A stretch of DNA of 64,000 nucleotides from Eledone cirrhosa (GCA_964016885.1 OZ024763.1:19220001-19284000); one strand, 5' to 3'; counted from the first letter of the stretch, positions 45,404 to 60,520 are shown. Made by a program: numbers and translations. The notes: generated from the letters alone by a model not told the origin.

Positions 45404-45406
<3 letters not shown>
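45204..45406. mobile_element. Family B fold-back element
   Basis: About 65-bp inverted arms centred near 45337, containing ctgatga-tttccttcgaat-gaaac. Confidence 0.75.
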
Positions 45407-45464
<58 letters not shown>

Positions 45465-45902
45465 GATATAAAGGAAGTTTAGACAAGGGTTATTATTAAA
45501 ATATTTAATGGGTTTACAAACGTTTCGCTCGACTAACGGGAATGAAGGGCTCACTAAGAATAGTTCATCAGAGTCAATTTAATACAAATAATTTATTTAC
45601 TTTACATGTTTTAATATATAGCTCTGAGATCGAGGTTTCACATTAAGGTCTTTATTGATTATACATAGCTACGACCGTATGTGTGTGTGTGTGAATGAGT
45701 GTGTGTGTGTGCGTGTGTGTGTTTTGAACAATGAAACTATAACAAAAGGCGAAGATTGGTTCTTAATTAGTTCATTGTTTTTACGACCGTTTCAGAGGGT
45801 TCACTGTTGACCATGATAAATTGATATATTGACAAATAATATTTGAGAGAGAGAGAGAGAACGGTATTGATAATTGATATATATATATATATAATTATAT
45901 AT

Positions 45903-47200
45903 AATTGTTTCTACTTTTGGCACAAGGCCAGCAAATACCCAGTGCATTACTGGTACTTTATTTTATCGACCCCGTAAGGATGAAAGGTAAAGTTAACCTC
46001 GGCGGGATTTGAACTCAGAATGGAAAGGACCGTAACTCTATGCGTCAAAGCATGGCGTCCGACCCTCTACTGATACTGCCAATCCAAATGTTCGAGAGAT
46101 GGTGAAAGAAAAGAAACAAACATCCATATATTCACACACACACACACACACACATATATTCACACATACATACATACATACACGATCGTCAGATGAATGG
46201 ATAGTAACAATAATAGCTTTCTGATTTAGGTACAAGGCCAGCAATGGTTTTTTTTTTCTTTTTTGAAGGAAGGGAGGTGGGGGGGGGGGTGATTAAATCG
46301 AACCCCCCGGTCGTTTACTGGTACTTTATTTTATCGACCCAGTAAGGATGAAAGGCAAAGTTAACCTCCCTCAGTAGGATTTAAACTCAGAACGTAACTA
46401 TGTCACGATGCATATTGTCAGATGCTCTACCAATTCTGCCAATCCGATAATAATAATTTTCTACTTTTGGCACAAGGCTAGCAATTGTTCCAGTGTATTA
46501 CTGGTACTTTATTTTATCGACCCCCGTAAGGAAATAATAATAGTAATTTCTTTATTGGCAACTAGGGCCTACATATAGGGGTCAATACAAAATCATAGGG
46601 ACACATAATTGCTTCTACTTGAGGCACAAGGCCAGCAATTTTGGGCGAAAAGGGGAAGTCGATTAAATCGATCCCCCAGTGCATTACTGGTACTTTATTT
46701 TATCGACCCCCCGTGAGGATGAAAGGCAAAGCTATCTGGCTATCTACATATAGGGAGACAATACAAAAACAATAATAACAATACTTGCTTCTTTTAGCAC
46801 AAGGCCAGTAATTAGCCCAGTGCATTACTGGTACTTTATTTTAACGACCCCCGTAAGGATGAAAGGCAAAGCCAACCTCGGCAAGATTTGAACTCAGAAC
46901 GTAAAGGGCCACAACTCTATGCCACGAAGCAAGGTATCCGATGCTCTACCGATTCTGATCATTTATTTATTGGCCAATAGGGCCTACATTTAGGGGACAA
47001 ATTATAATAAAGGTTTCTTAAATAGGCACAAGGCCAGCAATTTTGATTAAATCGAACCCAGTGCGTGACTGGTACCTCGGCGGGATTTGAACTCAGATCG
47101 TAAAGGGCCGTAACTCTGTGCCACAAAGCATGGTGTCCGACGCTCTACCGATTCTGATAGGGCCTACAAATAGGGGGGGACAATACAAAATCAAGGGGAG
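45903..47200 (-). mobile_element. Cluster of about 6 co-oriented Meta-type SINEs and LINE 3' ends
   Basis: ggcacaaggccagcaa...ctggtactttattttatcgacccc...ggatgaaaggcaaag repeats at 45903, 46215, 46455, 46605, 46785 and 47015. Confidence 0.8.
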
Positions 47201-47273
47201 ATGTAATACTAACAACAATAAAGGCTTGTTTAGCCGTGTGTAAGAAAGAGAGTGGAGTAGGGTTTCTACTTAC

Positions 47274-47467
47274 CAGACAACGCCGAAAGCTCCATAACCA
47301 ATTGGTCTGTCCGGCTGAACATCCTGAGGTGCGGGTACAACCTGATAGTATGGTACAGCTACTGCGGCTAGTATGGCTTGTTGCGAGGGTGCCTGAGGGG
47401 TAGGGGTAGCTGCTGGCCCCTGGAAAGCCATCATATGCCGAGTGTGTCTGTGACCAACCACCGCCAT
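47274..47467 (-). CDS. NLK: Nemo-like kinase (MAPK family), first coding exon
   Basis: Translates MAVVGHRHTRHMMAFQGPAATPTPQAPSQQAILAAVAVPYYQVVPAPQDVQPDRPIGYGAFGVVW. PDRPIGYGAFGVVW is the NLK/Nemo subdomain-I signature. The exon ends TG|GTAAGT (phase-2 donor at 47273). The start could be ATG 47467, 47434 or 47431. Confidence 0.93.
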
Positions 47468-47615
47468 AACACCAAACACTGAATGAATTTGGTGTCGGTG
47501 GTGTTGTTTTGTATAGTGGTGTGTATATGCGTGTGATTGCTGGATATATATATATATTTATATATATATATATATCAGCAAATATATATTATATATATAT
47601 ATGTGTGTGTGTGTG

Positions 47616-47655
<40 letters not shown>

Positions 47656-47744
47656 GAGATGGGTATATAATATATACACGAGGTGGGGAGGGGAGAAGGC
47701 AACAGAGCTAGGGTGGCAGTGATTGTGTTGGCGACAGTGTAATC

Positions 47745-47806
<62 letters not shown>

Positions 47807-48174
47807 GCGTGTGTATGTATATATATGTGTGTCTGTGTATATGTGTGTGTGGGGGTGTTTGCGGTGTGTATGAAGTAAAAGGTAATATAGGGGTATAAGG
47901 ATAAACGGGATGGTTTACTTTGTGTGGATAATATACATGTGTATATGTGTGTGTGTTTGTTAACTTGTGTATATATACATTGCTACGATCAACTTTTTTT
48001 TCTAACTATATTTATATATATATATACATATGTATGTGTACTGTGTTTGTATAAATTGTGTTAGCTGATGTATAATATATACATGTGTGTACCGCCTGTG
48101 TGTATATTTGTATGTGTGGCGGTGTTAGCTAGAATATATATACATGTGTATATGTGTGGGAGTGTGTGTTTGTG

Positions 48175-48217
<43 letters not shown>

Positions 48218-48759
48218 TTATATGTATATGTATGTATGTGTGTGTGCTTGTGTACGGAGGTGTTACCTCGTATATATATACATATGTGCGTGTGTGTATA
48301 TACGGAGGTGTTTACCTATGGTATATATATACATGTGTGTATATATATGTATTATATATATATGATGTGTAACGGGCTGGGAAGCAGTAAATACGGTGAA
48401 AGGACCAGAGGTTGTTGGTAGTACAATAAATAAATTTAAAATTAATAATATTAATAATGGTAGTAATATTCTCCAAGCGTGTTTGTTTGTCCAGAAGATA
48501 TAATAATAAATCCTTTTGTTTGTGTGGTTGGATGAGAGAGAGAGAGAAATTGGTAAAAATATGTTTGCTGGAAGTATGGACTCTCCTCTCTGCTCGACGT
48601 CTCGTCTCGCCTCTGTTCTCTCTCTCACTCCTACCTTGCTACCTTCCTACTTCCTTCACTCACTCACTCTCTCTTTCTATCTGTTGCTCACTCTCTCGTT
48701 GAAATGACTACCAAACTCGCTAACTCACACCTTTACTCATTCTCTCTCACTTTTCACTC

Positions 48760-48960
48760 TCTTGCTCACTTACTCACTCACTCTCTTGCTTGCTTGCTTG
48801 CTTACTCACTCTCTTGCTCGCTTACTTACTCACTCACTCTCTTGCTCGCTTACTTACTCACTCTCTTGTTTACTTACTTACTCACTCTCTTGCTCGCTTA
48901 CTTACTCACTCTCTGGCTTGCTTACTTACTCACTCTCTTGCTCGCTTACTTACTCACTCG
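48760..48960. repeat. ~24-bp minisatellite (cttacttactcactctcttgctcg)
   Basis: Tandem units. Confidence 0.88.
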
Positions 48961-49189
48961 CTACTTTCGTACCTTACTTATTCTCTCTCTCTCTCTCTTC
49001 ACTCACTAACTAACTACCTTGCCTCCTCACACCAATACTCATTCACTCTCTCACTAGCTACCTTACTTTCTTACTCCTTCTCTTACTATCTTTCTTACTC
49101 TCTCACTAGTTACCTAACTCCCCCATTTACTCACTCTTTATTTAGAACTCCTCCTCCTCTCACTCACACTTTCTCTCTCTCTCTTTCGA

Positions 49190-49269
49190 CAGGGTGTCCC
49201 CAAAATAATGTATACACTCTTCAATAGCATTCTAATGAATATATGTATACATTTTTGTGGGACACCCTG
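49190..49269. mobile_element. 80-bp Tc1/mariner-type MITE
   Basis: cagggtgtccccaaaataatgtatac ... tgtatacatttttgtgggacaccctg. Confidence 0.78.
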
Positions 49270-49330
49270 TCTATATATACACTACATATCACTTTCTCTC
49301 TCATATATATATATATAGAGAGAGAGAGAG

Positions 49331-49361
<31 letters not shown>

Positions 49362-49924
49362 CTACCTTCTCTCTCTCTTTCTCATATACATATATATAAA
49401 TATATTGTATTTAGTTCGAGAAGTCCCTCACTTTTCTCATATTCTCTATATTTTATTTATCATATTCTTCGTCTCTCCTCTCCCTCATCTTCTATCTCAC
49501 TATCTATTGTTCGTTTCGTTTTCCCCATTCTCACTTCTCAACACCTCCCACTCTCTCCCTCCCTCTCTCTCTCTTTCTCACTCTTATATATCTCTTACAC
49601 GCTCTCTGTTTTGTAGTTATGCCCTTTCTTTACTCTCTTTCTCTTACTCTCCTCCACCTCCTTCTACTAAGTTTGTAATGCACTAAGCTCTCGTTGCCCC
49701 TCTCTCAGTTTTCCATCTATTACTGTCACCCCTCTCTCTATTTTACATTTCGCTTCGATCTTTACTCTCGTTTTCGCAGACGACACAAAAAGAAATCGGA
49801 AAAAATGATATACTTGAACAATATGTATTACATATATATATATACTCTGAGTTTCGCGGGTTCCCGCAGTTCAAGCAACTAGAATAAATTTATTAGTATA
49901 TGTACATAAATAAATATATATATA

Positions 49925-50232
49925 TACAGTGTAGCCCCGGCATTCGCGGTCCCCTTATTCGCTGAATTATCCTTAGAACCTAACTAATAATTGTTCGGGG
50001 AAAGCATCGCATATTTGCGAAATCGTAAATATCTTTCGCGATTTTTAAATGGATTTTTTCGTGGAAATATATAATTTTTCACGCCTTTTAACGCTAAATT
50101 ATTAACAACCATATACCGTATTTGTCGGCCTATATTTTACGTTAATGTTTTGACATTTATAGACATTTTTATGGGCCACGTCCAATATTCGCGGTTTTTC
50201 ACTCTTCGCGAGGAACGTAACTCCCGCGAAAA
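49925..50232. mobile_element. Tigger/pogo-like MITE
   Basis: Starts ta-cagtgtagccccggcattcgcgg; homologous to 17485-17631. Confidence 0.62.
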
Positions 50233-51090
50233 TATATATAATACTTAATTATACAAAATAAAGTATGAATGAAGACAAATTATTTGATATGTCCAGAAAA
50301 ATATATAAAAAATATTTTTTTTAAAGAAAAACCTTTATTTTTAAAGTTTTCTTGTATCGAGTTAAATAGGTTTGTCTGTTCTTGTTGTTGTTGTTGTAAT
50401 TGCTGTTGTTGTTGTTGTAATTGCTGTTGTTGTTGTAATTGCTGTTGTTGTTGTACTTTAATTTCCAAAGTATTTTTAAGTGGTTCCCGGCATGAAAATA
50501 CCTTTTCTATTATCTCTCACTCTCTCTCTCTCATTCTCTATCTCTCACTCTCTCATTCTCTATCTCTCACTCTCTCTCTGTCTCCCTCTCATTCTCTCAC
50601 TCTCATTCTCTCTCTCATTTTCTCTCCCTCCTCTCTCATTCTGTCTGCTTCTCTCTCTCCCTCCCACTCTATATCTCTGTCTCTCTCTCCCTCCTCTCTC
50701 ATTCTATCTGCTTCTCTCTCTCTCCCTCCCACTCTATATCTCTGTCTCTCTCTTCCTCCTCTCTCATTCTTTCTGCTTCTCTCTCTCTCTCCTTCCTCTC
50801 TTTCTCTTTGTATATATATATCTCTCTTTCTTCTACTTCTTTGTCTTACTCTCTGTCTATATTTCTCACTCTCTCTCTCTTTATGTGTACCACTCTTTCT
50901 CCCTCTCTCTCTCTTGTCTCTCTCTCTCTCAATCTTTATGTGTACCTCTCTCTTTCTCTCGCTCTCTCATCATTTATGTGTATATCTCTTTTTTTCTCAC
51001 TCTCTATCTATCTAGCTATCTCTTTCTGTTTCTATCTCTCTCTCTATCTATCTATCTCTCTCTGTTTTTCTGCCCCTCTCTCTCTCTCTA

Positions 51091-51121
<31 letters not shown>

Positions 51122-52290
51122 CTCTCTCTCTGTTTCTTTGTCTCTCTCTCTCTCTATCTATCAATCTCTCACTCTCTCTCTTTGTTTCTGTCTGTCTCTC
51201 TCTATCTATCTAACTCTCTCTATATCTAGCTTTCTCCCTCTCTCTCTCCGTCTCTACCTTTCTGCCCCTTTGTCTCTTTGTCTCATTTCCTTTCCCCCTC
51301 TATGTATACCTCTCTTTCTCTCTCTTTGTTCTCCCTTTCTCTCTCTTTGTTTGCGTGTGTGCGTTTGTACGTGTATGTGTGTGCCTGTGTCTGTTTCTTT
51401 GTTTTTCACTCTCCTCTCTCTCAGTGCTTGCCTTTCTTTCTCTTTCTTTCTCTTTCTTTCTCCCTCACGCTTTGTCTCTACCCTCTCTCCTTCACTCTCT
51501 TTCTCCCTCAACCCATCTCTCCTTCACTTCCTCTCTCTCCCTTTCCAATCCCTTTTTCTACCTTTCTCTCTCTCTAACCCTCTCCCCTTCTCTCTGTCTC
51601 ATATGACGGCTTTATAGTATTTCGCTTCCCTGTGAGCAGCCGATCGACTATCTACACTGGAAAATACGACACAATCTGAAACATTGCGAGTAGGTGAGTA
51701 ACAGTCGGAGTAGGAATAACAATGGTAGTAGCAGCAGCAGCTATCTACACTGGATGCGAAACTGTAGCAGCTAAGTAGTAGGACAAATAACTGGAGGGGG
51801 AGTAAGAGGAGAGGGAGTAAGACGAATAACTGGAGGAGGAGGAAGAGGCGGAGGAGGACGAATAACTGGAGGAGGAGGTCGAATAACTTGGGGAGAAGGC
51901 AGAAGAGGAGTAGGACGAGAGGAGGGGGGAAGAGAAGGAGGAGGTAGAAGAGGTGTAAGCCGAATAACTGGAGGAGGAGAAGGAAGATATATAAAGAAGA
52001 GAAAGTGTAACAATAATATGGGAGGGGGAGTGAGGTGATACAAAGAAAAAGAGTATAAAGTATAAAGAGGGTGGAGGAGGGGAGAAGTAGAAATAAAAGA
52101 AAGGGTAGTAACAACAAGAGAGGGGGGGGAAGTAAAAGTGGGAGAAAGGTTAAGAAAGTGAACCTTAGAAAGGGGAGATAACAAAGGGGAGCAGGCATGG
52201 CTGTGAGGTTAAAGGATATCACTTGGTGGACCACATGGTACTAGGGTCAGTCCTGGAACAGGGCACCTTGGTGTAGTGTCTACTACTAGA

Positions 52291-52975
52291 GCAGACATGG
52301 GTAACCTTTATCGAACAGTGGGCCGCATAGAACATGGCTCTACATGGCTCATCATAAGGTGGGCCGCATAGGACGTGGCTCTACATGGCTCAAGGTGGGT
52401 GACATAGGACATGGCTCAACATGGCTCATCATAAGGTGGGCCGCATAGGATGTGGTTCAACATGGCTCATCGTAAGGTGGGCCGCATAGGATGTGGTTCA
52501 ACATGGCTCATCGTAAGGTGGGCCGCATAGGACGTGGCTCATCATGGCTCAAGGTGGGTGACATAGGACATGGCTCTACATGGCTCATCATAAGGTGGGC
52601 CGCATAGGATGTGGTTCATCATGGCTCGTCGTAAGGTGGGCCGCATAGGACGTGGTTCAACATGGCTCGTCGTAAGGTGGGCCGCATAGGATTTGGTTCA
52701 TCATGGCTCAAGGTGGGTGACATAGGACATGGCTCAACATGGCTCATAATAAGGTGGGCCGCATAGGATGTGGATCATCGTGGGCCGCATAGGATGTGAT
52801 TCATCATGGCTCATCATAAGGTGATCCACATAAGATGTGGATCATCATGGCTCAAGGTGGGCCACATAGCATGTGGCTCATCATAAGATGGACCACATAG
52901 AATGTGGCTCATCATAAGGCGAGTCGCATAGGATGTGGGTCATCATAAGGTGGACCACATAGGATGAAGCCCACC
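52291..52975. repeat. Degenerate ~30-45-bp minisatellite grown from a hAT-like terminus
   Basis: Starts cagacatgggtaacctt...gggccgcat, then repeats aaggtgggccgcataggatgtggctcatc. Confidence 0.75.
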
Positions 52976-53049
52976 TCATGTCGGGGTCGTGTTCACGGGT
53001 GATTGAAGGCAGGAGGCTGAATTGAGTGCAAGAATTGCAGGAGATGGTG

Positions 53050-56000
53050 CAGTGATGCACCAGTTTCAGCGATCAGCAATCAGAAGAAGTGAGTAGGCGT
53101 CAAAGCCAAACTCATTATTCAATTTCGTATTAGAGCCAACCCTTACCTATGACTGAAAGAATACGATCGCAAATACAAGCGGCCGAAATGGGGTTCCTTC
53201 GAAGAGTCTTTGGAGTATCATTACTCGATAGAAGGCGTAGCTTGGAGATCAGAGAGTTACTCCAGGTGGAGCAGCTACTTCTCCGAATTGAGAGATCACA
53301 GCTCCGATACTATGGCCATGTGGTTAGAATGTCTCAGGGAAGAATCACTGGAGTTGTTCTAGGTAGAGTCATTACTTCTCTGACTTGAGAGATCACAGCT
53401 CCGATACTATGGCCATGTGGTTAGAATGTCTCAGGGAAGAATCACTGGAGTTGTTCTAGGTAGAGCCACTACTTTTCTGAATTGAGAGATCACAGCTCCG
53501 ATACTATGGACATGTGGTTAGAATGTCTCAGGGAAGAATCACTGGACAGATTTTATGGACAAAAACAACTGACAGGAGATCCAAGGGTAGACTCCGAGTA
53601 AGATGGTTGGATAACATCCATGGGCTCAGCTCCAGGTAGAGTCACTACTTCTCAGAATTGAGAGATCACAGCTCCGATACTATGGGCATGTGGTTAGAAT
53701 GCCTCAGGAAAGATTCACTGGACAGATTTGTAGCTCAGAGATCAGAGTCACTCCAGGTAGAGCTTCTACTTCTCCAAATTGAGAGATCACAGCTTCGATA
53801 CTATGGGCATGTGGTTAGAATGTCTCAGGAACGATTCACTGGACAGATTTGTAGCTCAGAGATCAGAGTCACTCCAGGTAGAGCTTCTACTTCTCCAAAT
53901 TGAGAGATCACAGCTTCGATACTATGGGCATGTGGTTAGAATGCCTCAGGGAAGATTCACTGGACAGATTTGTAGCTCAGAGATCAGAGTCACTCCAGGT
54001 AGAGCTGCTACTTCTCCAAATTGAGAGATCACAGCTTCGATACTATGGGCATGTGGTTAGAATGCCTCAGGAAAGATTCACTGGACAGATTTGTAGCTCA
54101 GAGATCAGAGTCACTCCAGGTAGAGCTGCTACTTCTCCAAATTGAGAGATCCCAGCTTCGATACTATGGGCATGTGGTTAGAATGCCTCAGGAAAGATTC
54201 ACTGGACAGATTTGTAGCTCAGAGATCAGAGTCACTCCAGGTAGAGCTGCTACTTCTCCAAATTGAGAGATCACAGCTTCGATACTATGGACATGTGGTT
54301 AGAATGTCTCAGGAAAGATTCACTGGACAGATTTGTAGCTCAGAGATCAGAGTCACTCCAGGTAGAGCTTCTACTTCTACAAATTGAGAGATCCCAGCTT
54401 CGATACTATGGGCATGTGGTTAGAATGCCTCAGGAAAGATTTGTAGCTCAGAGATCAGAGTCACTCCAGGTAGAGCTTCTACTTCTCCAAATTGAGAGAT
54501 CACAGCTTCGATACTATGGGCATGTGGTTAGAATGTCTCAGGAAAGATTCACTGGACAGATTTGTAGCTCAGAGATCAGAGTCACTCCAGGTAGAGCTTC
54601 TACTTCTCCAAATTGGGAGATCACAGCTTCGATACTATGGGCATGTGGTTAGAATGTCTCAGGAAAGATTCACTGGACAGATTTGTAGCTCAGAGATCAG
54701 AGTCACTCCAGGTAGAGCTTCTACTTCTCCAAATTGAGAGATCACAGCTTCGATACTATGGGCATGTGGTTAGAATGTCTCAGGAAAGATTCACTGGACA
54801 GATTTGTAGCTCAGAGATCAGAGTCACTCCAGGTAGAGCTTCTACTTCTCCAAATTGAGAGGTCACAGCTTCGATACTATGGGCATGTGGTTCGAATGTC
54901 TCAGGAAAGATTCACTGGACAGATTTGTAGCTCAGAGATCAGAGTCACTCCAGGTAGAGCTTCTACTTCTCCAAATTGAGAGATCCCAGCTTCGATACTG
55001 TGGGCATGTGGTTAGAATGTCTGAGGAAAGATTCACTGGACAGATTTGTAGCTCAGAGATCAGAGTCACTCCAGGTAGAGCTTCTACTTCTCCAAATTGA
55101 GAGATCACAGCTTCGATACTATGGGCATGTGATTAGAATGCCTCAGGAACGATTCACTGGACAGATCTGTAGCTCAGAGATCAGAGTCACTCCAGGTAGA
55201 GCTGCTACTTCTCCAAATTGAGAGATCCCAGCTTCGATACTATGGGCATGTGGTTAGAATGCCTCAGGAACGATTCACTGGACAGATTTGTAGCTCAGAG
55301 ATCAGAGTCACTCCAGGTAGAGCTGCTACTTCTCCAAATTGAGAGATCACAGCTTCGATACTATGGGCATGTGGTTAGAATGTCTCAGGAAAGAATCACT
55401 GGACAGATTTGTAGCTCAGAGATCAGAGTCACTCCAGGTAGAGTCACTACTTCTCAGAATTGAGAGATCACAGCTCCGATACTATGGGCATGTGGTTAGA
55501 ATGTCTCAGGAAAGAATCACTGGACAGATATGTAGCTCAGAGATCAGAGTCACTCCAGGTAGAGCTGCTACTTCTCCAAATTGAGAGATCACAGCTTCGA
55601 TACTATGGGCATGTGGTTAGAATGCCTCAGGAAAGATTCACTGGACAGATCTGTAGCTCAGAGATCAGAGTCACTCCAGGTAGAGCTGCTACTTCTCCAA
55701 ATTGAGAGATCACAGCTTCGATACTATGGGCATGTGGTTAGAATGCCTCAGGAAAGATTCACTGGACAGATATGTAGCTCAGAGATCAGAGTCACTCCAG
55801 GTAGAGCTGCTACTTCTCCAAATTGAGAGATCCCAACTCCGATACTATGGGCATGTGGTTAGAATGTCTCAGGAAAGATTCACTGGACAGATTTGTAGCT
55901 CAGAGATCAGAGTCACTCCAGGTAGAGCTTCTACTTCTCCAAATTGAGAGATCACAGCTTCGATACTATGGGCATGTGGTTAGAATGTCTCAGGAAAGAT

Positions 56001-57055
56001 TCACTGGACAGATTTGTAGCTCAGAGATCAGAGTCACTCCAGGTAGAGCTTCTACTTCTCCAAATTGAGAGGTCACAGCTTCGATACTATGGGCATGTGG
56101 TTCGAATGTCTCAGGAAAGATTCACTGGACAGATTTGTAGCTCAGAGATCAGAGTCACTCCAGGTAGAGCTTCTACTTCTCCAAATTGAGAGATCCCAGC
56201 TTCGATACTGTGGGCATGTGGTTAGAATGTCTGAGGAAAGATTCACTGGACAGATTTGTAGCTCAGAGATCAGAGTCACTCCAGGTAGAGCTTCTACTTC
56301 TCCAAATTGAGAGATCACAGCTTCGATACTATGGGCATGTGGTTAGAATGCCTCAGGAACGATTCACTGGACAGATTTGTAGCTCAGAGATCAGAGTCAC
56401 TCCAGGTAGAGCTGCTACTTCTCCAAATTGAGAGATCCCAGCTTCGATACTATGGGCATGTGGTTAGAATGCCTCAGGAACGATTCACTGGACAGATTTG
56501 TAGCTCAGAGATCAGAGTCACTCCAGGTAGAGCTGCTACTTCTCCAAATTGAGAGATCACAGCTTCGATACTATGGGCATGTGGTTAGAATGTCTCAGGA
56601 AAGAATCACTGGACAGATATGTAGCTCAGAGATCAGAGTCACTCCAGGTAGAGTCACTACTTCTCAGAATTGAGAGATCACAGCTCCGATACTATGGGCA
56701 TGTGGTTAGAATGTCTCAGGAAAGAATCACTGGACAGATATGTAGCTCAGAGATCAGAGTCACTCCAGGTAGAGCTGCTACTTCTCCAAATTGAGAGATC
56801 ACAGCTTCGATACTATGGGCATATGGTTAGAATGTCTCAGGAAAGATTCACTGGACAGATTTTTCGGGGAAAACCAACTAACGGGAGATCCAAGGGTAGA
56901 CCCTGAGCAAGATGGTTGGATAACATCCACGTGCTTGGCTTGTCGCGCTTGGGAGTCCAGCTTGATCAGTTGGAAACGGTTCCTTCTGACGGGACCCGCT
57001 GAATTGGAAGTTTCAGGACTTTGTCCGCCACGACCCCCTCAGGAATAAATAAATA
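53050..57055 (+). mobile_element. Rex3/Expander-like RTE LINE 3' part carrying an internal satellite
   Basis: TERIRSQIQAAEMGFLRRVFGVSLLDRRRSLEIRELLQVEQLLLRIERSQLRYYGHVVRM...GKPTNGRSKGRP*ARWLDNI; ends ccctcaggaataaataaa. Confidence 0.88.
53630..56860 (+). repeat. 121-bp LINE-derived satellite, about 27 units
   Basis: The repeated ORFs are spaced exactly 121 bp apart; one unit near 54440 is shortened. Confidence 0.96.
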
Positions 57056-57084
57056 AAATTTGAACATTTTCAGGCATGTCAGTT

Positions 57085-57680
57085 TGGTGTTGGTGGTGGT
57101 GGTGTTGGTGTTGGTGTTGGTGGTGTTGGTGTTGGTGGTGATGGTGGTGGTGGTGGTGGTGGTGGTGGTGTTGTTGGTGGAGGTGGTGTTGGTGGTGGTG
57201 GTGTTGGTGGTGGTGGTGGTGGTGGTGGTGGTGGTGGAGGTGGTGGTGTTGGTGGTGTTGGTGGAGGTGGTGTTGGTGGAGGTGGTGGTGGTGTTGGTGT
57301 TGGTGGTGGTGGTGTTGGTCGTGGTGGTGGGGGTGGTGGTGGTGGTGTTGTTGGTGGAGGTGGTGTTGGTGGTGGTGGTGGTGGTGTTGGTGGGGATGGT
57401 GGTGGTGTTGGTGTTGGTGGTGGTGGTGGTGGTGGTGGTAGTGGTGGTGGTGTTGGTGGTGGTTGTGGTGTTGGTGTTGGTGGTGGTGGTGGTAGTGGTG
57501 GTGGTGTTGTTGGTGGAGGTGGTGTTGGTGGAGGTGGTGTTGGTGTTGTTGGTGTTGGTGGTGTTGGTGGTGGTGGTGGTGTTGATGGTGGTGTTGTTGG
57601 TGGCGGTGGTGGTGGGGGTATTGGAGTTGGTGGTGGTGGTGTTGATGGTGGTGGTGGTGGTGTTGGTGGCAGTAGTAGAT
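57085..57680. repeat. (GGT/GTT)n trinucleotide tract
   Basis: Direct inspection; similar tract at 63215-63470. Confidence 0.95.
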
Positions 57681-57926
57681 TGAGGCCAAGAAGGAGAAGA
57701 AGAAGAAGAAGATGATCAATAATATATTGAAAGAAGTCTTAAATACACGAGTCACTATGATCGACTAAACGTAGGCGGTGCCCCAGCATGGCCACAGTCT
57801 AATGTGTACTGATCGAACAGTGACGACACTTGCAATGACGTTAATTGACGATGATGATGATGATGATGACGATGTTGATAGTATCGATATGGAGTGTTGC
57901 TATATATCTATATATATATATATATG

Positions 57927-57982
<56 letters not shown>

Positions 57983-58013
57983 CGTATATGTATATATACA
58001 TTTATATATATAC

Positions 58014-58045
<32 letters not shown>

Positions 58046-58083
58046 ACGTATATGTATATATACATTTATATATATACATATAC

Positions 58084-58131
<48 letters not shown>

Positions 58132-58176
58132 ATATATATATATACGTATATATATATATACATATATATATATATG

Positions 58177-58268
<92 letters not shown>

Positions 58269-58305
58269 CATACATACATATATATATATATACATACATA
58301 TATAT

Positions 58306-58338
<33 letters not shown>

Positions 58339-58471
58339 CATACATGCACACATATATATATATATACATACATACATATATATATACATACATATATATA
58401 TATATATATATACATACATGCACACATATATATATATATATTCATATATATATACATACATAAATACATAC

Positions 58472-58510
<39 letters not shown>

Positions 58511-58511
58511 C

Positions 58512-58564
<53 letters not shown>

Positions 58565-58583
58565 CATATATTTATATATATAC

Positions 58584-58652
<69 letters not shown>

Positions 58653-58775
58653 TTTATATATATACATATATATATATATACATACATATATATATACACA
58701 TACATGTATATATACATACATATACATATATATACATACATATATATATACATACATACATATATATATATATAC

Positions 58776-58806
<31 letters not shown>

Positions 58807-58916
58807 CATACATACATATATATATATATATACACATACATGTATATATACATACATATACATATACATATACATACATATACATACATACATACATATA
58901 TATACATGTATATATG

Positions 58917-58963
<47 letters not shown>

Positions 58964-58972
58964 GTATGTATG

Positions 58973-59031
<59 letters not shown>

Positions 59032-59045
59032 ATATATATGTATGC

Positions 59046-59076
<31 letters not shown>

Positions 59077-59077
59077 C

Positions 59078-59160
<83 letters not shown>

Positions 59161-59161
59161 C

Positions 59162-59192
<31 letters not shown>

Positions 59193-59221
59193 CATATATA
59201 TATATACATATATATATATAC

Positions 59222-59298
<77 letters not shown>

Positions 59299-59307
59299 CA
59301 TACATAT

Positions 59308-59483
59308 AGAACTGGTTACACAACAGTTAGTACAACAAACCGAGAACCATTGTTCCGTATCACCATGTCCATTACGCGCTGAGGATCCGCTTAGGTGAAA
59401 CAATTGTTCTCGGTATGGTGAACTAACTGTTGTGTAACCACTGCTGCCTAACTCGTCCCATGGACTGAGTGCTCTACCACTAC
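59308..59483 (+). mobile_element. Family F fold-back element; hammerhead at 59373-59415
   Basis: tacgcg-CTGAGGA-tccgcttaggt-GAAAC-aatt-GTT-ctcggta; homologous to 7846-8012. Confidence 0.72.
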
Positions 59484-59491
59484 ATACATGC

Positions 59492-59990
<499 letters not shown>

Positions 59991-60131
59991 TATATATATA
60001 TATATATGTATGTATATACATACATATATATATATATATATAAATATGTATGTATATACATACATATATATATATATATATATATGTATGTATATACATA
60101 CATATATATATATATATATATATGTATGTAT

Positions 60132-60302
<171 letters not shown>

Positions 60303-60435
60303 CATACATATATATATACATACATATATATATACATACATATATATATACATACATATATATATACATATATATATATATACATACATACATATATATA
60401 TACATACATATATATATACATACATATATATATAC

Positions 60436-60520
<85 letters not shown>

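Noticed and set aside
49853-49883. Helitron 3' end (gcgggttcccgc hairpin plus CTAG)
   Set aside because: Very short, not followed by T, and there is no second copy in the window.
53658-56906. Tandem family of 81-aa genes
   Set aside because: They are frame-shifting by-products of a 121-bp LINE-derived satellite with TTG starts.
57039-57755. His/Gln-rich or Val-rich protein; also the Gly/Asp-rich ORF at 11396-11962
   Set aside because: Trinucleotide repeats that are open in several frames, with no splice or domain evidence.
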